Assembly (NCBI GenBank): GCA_949285785.1
Contig: CASEAG010000028.1
Location: forward strand, 165,161 to 229,160
DNA length: 64,000 bases
Origin: an uncultured Spirochaetales bacterium
GTDB taxonomy: Bacteria > Spirochaetota > Spirochaetia > Sphaerochaetales > Sphaerochaetaceae
Reading direction: 5' to 3'
Position 1 is the stretch's first letter, and every line of letters starts with the position of its first letter. Under the pieces are notes generated by a model. The model had not been told where the DNA came from, did no database searches, and worked only from the letters and a program-made list of their open reading frames with translations. Below are positions 56,493 to 64,000 of the stretch, one piece after another. The translations under genes were made by a program, and so were the position numbers.

Positions 56493-57899
56493 TCAGGATA
56501 ATCCACAGCGGCGCTGCTGGGCAATTCGTCCGACGAGTTTCCTGTTGTCACCGGCACCGAGCGTGACAAGCACGTCGCCCGGGGTGAGGAACGCCGAGAG
56601 AGACGCGACAGCATCCTCGTCACTCCTACAGTACGAGACCGTGGCCAGCCTGCCGTAGAACGTCCTGAACACCTGACGCTCCAGCGCCTTGTACAGCCGC
56701 CCCGACTCGTCCCTGCAGTCGTCATCGCCTCTTGCCGAGGCATAGACGCCCTGCATGAAGACGGCATCGCATCTTGAAAGGGCGTTCACGAAGCCTCTGA
56801 GAAGGGCCTTCGTCCTGGATGCCGTATGTGGCATGAACAGAACGACGAGGCGCCTTGACGGAAAGCGCCGCCTGAGATTGTCGATGCACACCCTGATCTC
56901 GTCAGGATGGTGGGCGTAGTCGTCCACATATGTCACACCACCCTCCTCCAGAATGACCTCGCCACGTGCGACAAGTCCGGGGAAGGAGGACAGGAACGGG
57001 ATGAGCGGATCCACCTTGTGCATTAGCGATCCGGCACAGACCGTCTCGCCTGCGATTCTCAACGAAAGCGCGGCACAGGCGAGAAGTCCTCCTACGTAGT
57101 CGTACAGGATGTCCATGTTCCTGTCGGACGACGTGAACGATGCGCTGCAGCCGGAGACGGTCCATTTGCCGTCAGGGGTGTCGGAGAGACTGAAACAGCC
57201 GCGGGGTCCGTATGAGACGAACGTGATGTCCGGCCTCTCGCTCTGCCAGTCCTTCACGTGACGAGAGAGCGAGGAATGGTGGATGACGGTTGCGCCCGAA
57301 GGCATCGAGACGATCCGTTCGCGGAAACTCCTCCTGACCGCGTCGAGGTCCTCGAAGAAGTCAGGATGGTCGAAGGCGAGCGAAGTGACCACGAGCACGT
57401 CCAGGTCATAGAGCAGGAAATGATCCTGGTACTCGCAGGCCTCCACGAGCAGACCCGAATCACCATCATGCCAGGCACTGTCCGAATGCTGGAGGAACGA
57501 ACCGTAGACAGAACCTGCGTCGAGACCGGCACACGAGGACAGGTAGGATGCGACTGCGCATGTGGTGCTCTTGCCATGGGTTCCCGACACGCCAACCGTG
57601 ATTCTCCCGCTGCTCAGACGGGCGAGCATCTGGGGATAGGAGAGTGCCGGCAGACCTCTCTCCCGTGCCTCGTCCATGGCTCGAAGAGGCCGGTTCCCAT
57701 AGCCTGTCGAATAGACGAGGACGTCTGCATCTTCAGGAAGCGGCGAGTCCAGAGGGTGCACGGGAAACGAGGAGATGATGCGCCGAGTGAAGAAGTCCTC
57801 TTCGACGTCCTCTCCTTCGACGATATCGCCACCGGCAGCCAGATAGCTTGCCAGATGGCTCATGCCTGTTCCCTTTATCCCGACCAGGTAATACTTCAA
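56493..57899 (-). CDS. murC: UDP-N-acetylmuramate--L-alanine ligase
   Basis: Motifs GIKGTGMS, GTHGKSTT, EACEY, FDHPDFF and DDYAHHPDEI. TTG start. Confidence 0.9.
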   Translation of the reverse strand: MKYYLVGIKGTGMSHLASYLAAGGDIVEGEDVEEDFFTRRIISSFPVHPLDSPLPEDADVLVYSTGYGNRPLRAMDEARERGLPALSYPQMLARLSSGRITVGVSGTHGKSTTCAVASYLSSCAGLDAGSVYGSFLQHSDSAWHDGDSGLLVEACEYQDHFLLYDLDVLVVTSLAFDHPDFFEDLDAVRRSFRERIVSMPSGATVIHHSSLSRHVKDWQSERPDITFVSYGPRGCFSLSDTPDGKWTVSGCSASFTSSDRNMDILYDYVGGLLACAALSLRIAGETVCAGSLMHKVDPLIPFLSSFPGLVARGEVILEEGGVTYVDDYAHHPDEIRVCIDNLRRRFPSRRLVVLFMPHTASRTKALLRGFVNALSRCDAVFMQGVYASARGDDDCRDESGRLYKALERQVFRTFYGRLATVSYCRSDEDAVASLSAFLTPGDVLVTLGAGDNRKLVGRIAQQRRCGLS

Positions 57900-57915
57900 G
57901 ACGCTTTCTCCGGAT

Positions 57916-57944
57916 AAAACAAAAGCGGGGTGTTGATCCCCCGC
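57916..57944 (-). terminator. Intrinsic terminator after the 54-aa gene
   Basis: GCGGGG/CCCCGC stem followed by TTTTGTTTT on the minus strand. Confidence 0.75.
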
Positions 57945-57968
57945 CTCGAATGCATCAGCACCCGTGCC

Positions 57969-58133
57969 TTACTTCTTCAGCTTGGCGTTGCACTGCTTGC
58001 AGACGTTGACCTTCGCTCCATCGAGCTCGACCTCGTAAAGACACTTGATGGCCTCTCTCTTGCAGACCGGGCAGGTTCCCCTTCCGTGGTTGGCAAGCTC
58101 TCTGATGCCGGTACCTCTATGTGCTTTCGACAT
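57969..58133 (-). CDS. 54-aa basic double-CxxC protein MSKAHRGTGIRELANHGRGTCPVCKREAIKCLYEVELDGAKVNVCKQCNAKLKK; probable spirochaetal ribosomal protein bL38-like
   Basis: Translated by hand (absent from the ORF track). AGGAG 6 nt upstream and own terminator. The family call is from memory. Confidence 0.6.
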   Translation of the reverse strand: MSKAHRGTGIRELANHGRGTCPVCKREAIKCLYEVELDGAKVNVCKQCNAKLKK

Positions 58134-58220
58134 ATTCTTCTCCTATAGGTTGTGAATTTGCGCAATCGTCATTTAGCCATCATTTTGCATTTATGTCAAT
58201 GATGAATCGTCGACAGGACA

Positions 58221-59363
58221 TCAGTCGTCGAATCTGTCTATGAGCGTCCTCTCGAACACCCTGACGGCAGCACCGACGAGTGAAGAGTACTTCTTCGCCG
58301 ACCTGGTTATGGATACGCTCCTTTTGCGGGCCGCAAGCAGCGCATTGACCTGACCTTCCGTGATCTGGAGCAGCCGTTCCCCCAGGAGATCGGGAATGAA
58401 GCCGTCTAGGATGAATGCGGATATGTCCAGGAAGAACGAGATGTTGTAGATGCTCATCGACAGATATGGGACCAGATAGGCGATCATGTCGGCCTTCATC
58501 GCATCATCTATCGCGTCCTCCCTGATGTTGACGGCGAACCTCTCGTTCAGCGCCCTGATGTTGATATAGTATTCCAGCGGTATCGGCTGTGATCCCATGT
58601 CGCCATCGGCAGGACGGACAAGGATGTTGCCGATCTCCCCTGCCCTGTACTGCGATCCCAGATAGAGGGATCCGTCTATTATGATTCCGGCACCATAGCC
58701 GCTGCCGAGGGTCAGATAGCACAGGTTGGCCTTTTCATCGCCGCCCCTGTTGAACAGCTCTCCCAGTGCCGCGAGATTGACGTCGTTGTCGACGAAGTAA
58801 GGCAGGTCGATGTGCTTCACGAGATTCGGCACCAGCGAATCGATCGAGATGATCGACGACACCCCCACGGAATAGTAGCTCATTATCTCGTTCGTGTATG
58901 GATTGACGTTCGAGGGAAGCGAGATTCCGATGCCGAGTATGGGGATGCTGGACTGCCTGACAAGCCGGGCTATCCGGCGGCCGAGGCTCTCATGAGCCTT
59001 CACATCCAGAAAATCGGCGAACTCCCTCTCCTCATGGAAGAGTACATCGCCTGAAAGATTGACGATGCCGATCTCGACGATGTCGCCCTGGAAGTTCATC
59101 GTCAGCGCGGCATATGAGGACGAGTTGAAGACCAGCATCCGTCTTCTGCGCCCAGGGCCGCTGGTCTTGTCGTCGGTCATGTCCGACTCCATGATGATCC
59201 CCTTGCCGATGAAGTAGTCGATGCTCTTGCTCGCCGTGGGGAAGCTCATGTTGGTCTTCGACACGACATCGCTACGCGCCATGACCCTGTTCTTGACGAA
59301 CAGGTCATAGATGAGTTTGCGGTTGCTCATCTTCAGATATTCCGGCACGTAACTGGTGGTCAA
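58221..59363 (-). CDS. ROK family transcriptional repressor (NagC/XylR-like)
   Basis: N-terminal HTH (MSNRKLIY...SFPTASK), GIGISLPS, DNDVNLAALGE, GSGYGAGIII and AGEIGN. Confidence 0.9.
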   Translation of the reverse strand: MTTSYVPEYLKMSNRKLIYDLFVKNRVMARSDVVSKTNMSFPTASKSIDYFIGKGIIMESDMTDDKTSGPGRRRRMLVFNSSSYAALTMNFQGDIVEIGIVNLSGDVLFHEEREFADFLDVKAHESLGRRIARLVRQSSIPILGIGISLPSNVNPYTNEIMSYYSVGVSSIISIDSLVPNLVKHIDLPYFVDNDVNLAALGELFNRGGDEKANLCYLTLGSGYGAGIIIDGSLYLGSQYRAGEIGNILVRPADGDMGSQPIPLEYYINIRALNERFAVNIREDAIDDAMKADMIAYLVPYLSMSIYNISFFLDISAFILDGFIPDLLGERLLQITEGQVNALLAARKRSVSITRSAKKYSSLVGAAVRVFERTLIDRFDD

Positions 59364-59505
59364 GGCCTCCTCCCTATGCATGCCCACAAATGAGTGTGCG
59401 ACGATTTACCTTCTCAGAACAATTCTCATGCAATATGAATGCCGATGCAAGAGGAAATGGAGGAGAGGGCATCGCCCTCCCCTCGTCATACGTCTTCAAT
59501 CCTCC

Positions 59506-60432
59506 TCAGACCAGTTCCAGCGCCATCTTCACTGCTCCGTCAAGGCTAGTCATGGACGACTCCACGACTCTGCATTGCGGATATCTGTCCATAACACGGG
59601 CGATGAACCTTTCCTTCAGCGTGGATGACTGGAGGATGTTGCTTCCCCACAGTCCGAGCTTGAAGTCGGGCTCGTCCTCATCCAGATGCAGACTGGTCAC
59701 GGCATCGCCGACTATCTCCATCAGGGCGGCGGACGCCTTGTCCAGTATGGCCGTGGCCTCGCAGTCGCCCTGTTCGACCGCCTTGTCCACAAGATGTCCT
59801 ATCGACGGGCAGGTCCAAGGCATCGAGCCCATGCGGAATGCGAGCGTGTTCAGTCCATGCCTGTCGTGGATGTCGAGCTCCTCCTCTACAAGAGAGACCA
59901 GAGGTGTACATGGGACGGCACCATCATAATGGCGGCCGAGCAGATGGAGAGCCGCCCGTGCAACCCAGCTTCCGGACCCCTCGTCTCCGAGAATGGTGAA
60001 CAGATATCCTCCGCTGCGTGCGCACCGGCCATCACGTGCACGTGCGAAGGCGATGCTGCCGGTTCCGGAGATGATCAGCACACCCTCCCCTCCGGTCACG
60101 GTGTAATGGGCGAGCTCTGCATCGTTGATCACCCGGACAGGACAGTTGAAACCGGCTAGGCTGCTGTAGCACCTCTCCAGATATTCGCCGTCCTGGGGGC
60201 TGTCCAGCCCGGTCGTCCCGCACACGATATACCGGCAGTCCTCTCTCCTGCCGCCGAATGTCGCCAGGAGCGAGGTGAAATGGGATTCGATGCGCCTGAG
60301 CATGTCCTCCTCGGTGTTGTGGTAGTGGTTCGCTTCGGCACCGGTGAAGGAGCCGAGGCATTCACCATCCAGCGAAGCCGCCTTCAGCCGGTAATGGGTG
60401 CCTCCGCTGTCGATTCCGATCACATATTCCAT
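59506..60432 (-). CDS. BadF/BadG/BcrA/BcrD-type sugar kinase (GlcN/GlcNAc kinase-like)
   Basis: Motifs GIDSGGT, NDAELA, ISGTGSI and GDEGSGSWVA. Confidence 0.85.
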   Translation of the reverse strand: MEYVIGIDSGGTHYRLKAASLDGECLGSFTGAEANHYHNTEEDMLRRIESHFTSLLATFGGRREDCRYIVCGTTGLDSPQDGEYLERCYSSLAGFNCPVRVINDAELAHYTVTGGEGVLIISGTGSIAFARARDGRCARSGGYLFTILGDEGSGSWVARAALHLLGRHYDGAVPCTPLVSLVEEELDIHDRHGLNTLAFRMGSMPWTCPSIGHLVDKAVEQGDCEATAILDKASAALMEIVGDAVTSLHLDEDEPDFKLGLWGSNILQSSTLKERFIARVMDRYPQCRVVESSMTSLDGAVKMALELV

Positions 60433-60442
60433 CAGCGCCTCC

Positions 60443-61510
60443 CTAGTCGTGCCTGGCCTTGGTCTTCACAAGTCCGTCCAGGACCTTGAACCTGTCATGG
60501 CCAAGTCCTTCGACGCCTTTGAGTGAAGGGATCCTGGCGCTCAGGATCTGGATCGGGATGATGTATTCGAACGGTCTCATGTAGAGGTTGTCGCCGAGAG
60601 TGAGCCAGAGGTCACGTTCATCGCTGCTCTTCGTTCCGCTGAAGGTGAACGTCGCGTCACACGCACAGCGATGGTATTTCACAAGCGCCTCGAAACGTGG
60701 AAGATCCTTCGAATCGGAAGCCGGAGGCATCATGTAGATTCCGGCGGTCATGTCGGCGACAGAGCAGCTCGGGCCATGGAGATACTCCTCGCATTCGAAT
60801 CCGACGGCGGGAATGAGGAGGGTCTCCATGATCTTCAGCGCGCCTTCGTCCGCGACGGATGCGTCAACGCCCTTGCCGATCACGTATGCGGTCTTCATCC
60901 CTTGAAGACGTCCGCTGTTTCTGGTGACCCATTCATCCGATGCCTCGACATTGGAAGCCATCGCGACGACCATTCTCTTCAGATCGCCGATGACATCGTC
61001 ATGATAGGCCTCGCTTCTGATGCCGCATTCCCTGGCCGCCTCAAGCGCGAAGAGATAGAGCTGGAGGACCGTCGTCGTATAGCCCTTCGTCTTCGGGCCG
61101 ACCGTCTCCTCACCACACGGGATCTCGACATAGTTCTCCACCATGGTGTTTATCACACCATCGGGATTGCCGGTCATCGCAATGGAGAGGATGTCCCTGT
61201 TGCGCTCTATCGCAGCGATCGTGTTGGTGGAGTTGCCTCCCTGCGAGATATATATCGCAAAGGGCCGCTCGCCGAAGAAGTCCTTGGCGCTTGTCGCTGA
61301 GAACACGCTGACCTCGATGCCAAGGCAGTCCTCCATGAATGGAGCCGCCGCCTTGGCCGCGTTTCTGCTAGTCCCGCTTGCGACGAGATAGATATGGTCC
61401 GGCCTCTCTTCCTTGAAGATTCTGCGGAACGTCTCCGTTATCCGACTCCTGTCATCCAGAGCCTTCGACAGCACGCTGCTCTGCTGTCTTATGTAATCCA
61501 TCATGTCCAT
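60443..61510 (-). CDS. Two-SIS-domain sugar-phosphate isomerase/deaminase (GlmS C-terminal-like)
   Basis: Motifs VASGTSRNAA, ISQGGNSTNT, GPKTKGYTTT, EGALKIME and EEYLHGP. No glutaminase domain. Confidence 0.85.
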   Translation of the reverse strand: MDMMDYIRQQSSVLSKALDDRSRITETFRRIFKEERPDHIYLVASGTSRNAAKAAAPFMEDCLGIEVSVFSATSAKDFFGERPFAIYISQGGNSTNTIAAIERNRDILSIAMTGNPDGVINTMVENYVEIPCGEETVGPKTKGYTTTVLQLYLFALEAARECGIRSEAYHDDVIGDLKRMVVAMASNVEASDEWVTRNSGRLQGMKTAYVIGKGVDASVADEGALKIMETLLIPAVGFECEEYLHGPSCSVADMTAGIYMMPPASDSKDLPRFEALVKYHRCACDATFTFSGTKSSDERDLWLTLGDNLYMRPFEYIIPIQILSARIPSLKGVEGLGHDRFKVLDGLVKTKARHD

Positions 61511-61515
61511 TTCAA

Positions 61516-63264
61516 TCACTCCTTTCTAAGAGACAGTGCATACAGGAACCACGTCGCATGTGGAATCCACTGCTCAGCCCATCTCCAGTTGTCGTCGATC
61601 CTGTCATCGGGCTTCGTCACGAATTCGATGTCGTCCTCGTCATCAAGCCCGCTCGTGATGCCGTTGACTATGCCACCGGGACAGCTGATGAAGTCGTAGC
61701 GGTTCTTGAAGAAATACGCGACGTTGTTGCGTCCATACCCTTCGACCATGCAGGCATCATAAGGGTTCTGCCCCAGTATCCAGTCGATGCAGTCCTCTGC
61801 AAGTCTGACGGCATCCGCCCTGAGGGTCCTGTCGTCGGTGACGGATGCGACCATCCTCGCAGCGACCGAGATCGAGGCGACTCTTGCATTGTCACCCTGC
61901 CACCAGGGGGCGGCAGTCGTCTGATGCGGGAAGAAGAACTTCGTCCTGAGTCCGCCATCGACGAGATCCTCGAACACGGGATAGCCGAACGGATTGGACA
62001 CGGACGCGCCGAGATGGATCTTCCATCTCATGATGTCCTGTGCCGCCTGCAGGGCCTCATCAGACCTGGCCCTGTCGCCCTCGATGCGCGAATAGAGGAC
62101 AAGTGCCACAACGGGAAGCCCCTCATCGGCTGCGCTGAAATAAGGCAGTCCACCCTCGAACTCGAGACGTCTCATTCCCGGCTGGACCGGCTTTGCACTT
62201 GAGATGACGAGGGATGCGTATCTCCTTGCATCGGCCAGGTATTCGTATTCCATCGTCGTCCTGTACAGCTCGACCGCCGCAAGAAGGGCGCAATACCAGT
62301 CGACGAGATTCCATCTGCCGTCGTTCGTATAGACCTCGTTGTGCTCCTTCAGGTGCCTGAAGCTCTCCTTCGCCGCGAGGACATACTCCTCCTGGTCATA
62401 GTCCCTTGCCGGATAGAAGTGTCTTCCTGCAATCGCAAGGGCCGCGATCGCAAGGCCTCCTCCACTCCTCATCGAGGTCTCGTAGTTGGCGTCCGTAACC
62501 GTCTCCGAGTCGGCTGTGGCGGCCTTCTCGCTGAACTGGGAACTCGACCCATGATACTCGAACGAGATATTTCTCGTACCGATAACGGCATTGAATGCGT
62601 TACTTCTGCTTATGGACCTGAAGAATGATCCCGAAGGTGCCCTCATGCGCATGAGGAAATCGGCACCCCAGTAGCCCTCGTCGAGCATCCGCCTTTTCAG
62701 CATGGAGTACCAGTCGTTTCCGCTTGCTTCGAGGTTGTCTGCGGCAGCGAAGAAGACATATGCGCTGAGCGGGACCTGCTGCGGGTTGTAATACGTGGAA
62801 TGCGACAGATGGCTGAGGTGGATTCCATAGTCGCCTGTGGCATCGTACCATCCGCCATGTGCATCGACGATTCCCTCGCGCTCGCCTGCGAAAGGAAGGG
62901 CCGAGTCGTCGAGAAGCCACTCCCCGCTGTCCCTCTGCGCCTTGAAGTAATACGTGACGGCGTTCATCAGCCTCATGGTCGCGCTGTGGGCGGTTATCTC
63001 GAAGCTCTCGCTTACGGATGCACCTATCCTGACGGTGTAGACGCCTTCCTCGTCAAGAGAATCAAAGCTTCCGGCATAGTATGATCCGGTATGCCATGAG
63101 GCGACCTTTCCATACGGGACGAGCTTTCCGGCATATGCCCTGGTCCCGTCCTGTCTGAGTATCGAGAAACCGAGGCGTTTCAGCTCCTGCCCATCCGTCT
63201 GGACCACGACCTTCTTCGGCTTTCCAACACTGTAACCCATGTGATTCACAAGGATCTTGAACAT
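61516..63264 (-). CDS. Glycoside hydrolase family 9, exo-beta-D-glucosaminidase-like
   Basis: N-terminal Ig-like domain (NHMGY..GKPK), HGGWYDATGDY, HLSHLS...YNPQQ, WWQGDNAR, GQNPYDACM, GGIVNGITSG and WRWAEQWIPH. No signal peptide. Confidence 0.8.
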   Translation of the reverse strand: MFKILVNHMGYSVGKPKKVVVQTDGQELKRLGFSILRQDGTRAYAGKLVPYGKVASWHTGSYYAGSFDSLDEEGVYTVRIGASVSESFEITAHSATMRLMNAVTYYFKAQRDSGEWLLDDSALPFAGEREGIVDAHGGWYDATGDYGIHLSHLSHSTYYNPQQVPLSAYVFFAAADNLEASGNDWYSMLKRRMLDEGYWGADFLMRMRAPSGSFFRSISRSNAFNAVIGTRNISFEYHGSSSQFSEKAATADSETVTDANYETSMRSGGGLAIAALAIAGRHFYPARDYDQEEYVLAAKESFRHLKEHNEVYTNDGRWNLVDWYCALLAAVELYRTTMEYEYLADARRYASLVISSAKPVQPGMRRLEFEGGLPYFSAADEGLPVVALVLYSRIEGDRARSDEALQAAQDIMRWKIHLGASVSNPFGYPVFEDLVDGGLRTKFFFPHQTTAAPWWQGDNARVASISVAARMVASVTDDRTLRADAVRLAEDCIDWILGQNPYDACMVEGYGRNNVAYFFKNRYDFISCPGGIVNGITSGLDDEDDIEFVTKPDDRIDDNWRWAEQWIPHATWFLYALSLRKE

Positions 63265-63286
63265 TCTTTATCTCCTTTTTCCTTCA

Positions 63287-64000
63287 TCAACCCTTGACTG
63301 CTCCTGCCGTAAGACCGGAGACGACCTGTTCCTGCGCCACTGCATACAGCACCAGCGGAGGAAGTATGGTCACGACGATTGCCGCCATCATGGCGCCGTA
63401 ATCCGTTCCGAACATGTTGCTGACCATCGACAGGATCACGCATACGGGCTTCATCGTCTGTCTGGAAATGTAAACCAGCGATGTGAACAGGTCGTTGTAT
63501 GACCAGATGAAGACCATTATCGCGATCGTCGAGATCATGCTCTTGCAAAGCGGCACTGCTATCCTCGTGAAGATCGTCCACACGGACGCGCCGTCCATGA
63601 GAGCCGCCTCGTCCAGCTCCTGTGGAAGGCTCTTCATGAAGCCTGTCATCATGATTATCGAGAAGCACAGGTTTCCTGCCGTCTGCGGGATGATCGCCGC
63701 AAGGTACGTTCCATTGACGAACGGGATGTGGCTCAACGTGACGAAGTTCGGAATCACGGTCGCGAACGACGGCACGAGCAGACATGCAGTGAGGACCGAC
63801 ATGAGCGGACCGGACGCCTTCACCTTGAATCTTCCGAGTGCGAAGGAGGCCATGCTCGCTATCACGACGACAAGGATGACGGTCGAACCCGATATGATAA
63901 GACTGTTGATGAACGCCTTGAACAGGTTGACGTCAGGATACGTCATGATAGTCTGGTAGTTCGCCATGTCCAGAGCACTCGGGAACGACATGCTGCTTCG
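63287..64000 (-). CDS. Carbohydrate ABC transporter permease (CUT1), start lies outside the window
   Basis: EAA loop LPQELDEAALMDGAS, plus NSLIIS, WSYNDL and GLTAGAVKG. Confidence 0.9.
   Translation of the reverse strand, partial: RSSMSFPSALDMANYQTIMTYPDVNLFKAFINSLIISGSTVILVVVIASMASFALGRFKVKASGPLMSVLTACLLVPSFATVIPNFVTLSHIPFVNGTYLAAIIPQTAGNLCFSIIMMTGFMKSLPQELDEAALMDGASVWTIFTRIAVPLCKSMISTIAIMVFIWSYNDLFTSLVYISRQTMKPVCVILSMVSNMFGTDYGAMMAAIVVTILPPLVLYAVAQEQVVSGLTAGAVKG

Noticed and set aside
57969-58133. Calling the 54-aa protein rpmB (bL28)
   Set aside because: It lacks the bL28 pattern (N-terminal CxxxGK, GNxxSH, RxFxPN).
1-64000. CRISPR array, IS/transposase, prophage or rRNA
   Set aside because: No regularly spaced repeats, transposase/integrase/phage motifs or rRNA-like sequence were seen by eye.

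Overview
This is a GC-rich bacterial chromosomal segment. Gene content and order (short spirochaete-type rpoZ, cmk with a GCGNT P-loop, yicC, murC, PPi-PFK, femX-like next to murD) suggest a Spirochaetota host, probably Sphaerochaetaceae-like; this is inference, not a database result. Most of the window is housekeeping: guaD, murD, murC, metG, hflKC, asnA, asnS, mscL, DAHP synthase, pfp, folC, rqcH, miaA and two tRNAs. Four things stand out. (1) A ~17.3 kb aryl-polyene (APE)-type type II PKS/FAS-like cluster at 26528-43815 has a counterpart of every ApeB-R gene. It is rearranged into two convergent units and adds fabD, a lone carboxyltransferase, an antisense-embedded PPTase, an ApeG-ApeH fusion and a split ApeJ. 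(2) A variant guanine-riboswitch fold abuts the RBS of guanine deaminase. (3) Two small basic proteins missed by the ORF track look like ribosomal proteins (bS22-like and probable bL38-like). (4) A likely chitosan-oligosaccharide/glucosamine utilisation locus (ABC permease, GH9 exo-glucosaminidase-like enzyme, SIS protein, BadF-type kinase, ROK regulator) runs off the right end. An orphan 'radical SAM mobile pair B'-like gene sits just downstream of tRNA-Leu. I saw no CRISPR array, integrase or IS. All family assignments come from motif reading and recall, not from searches.
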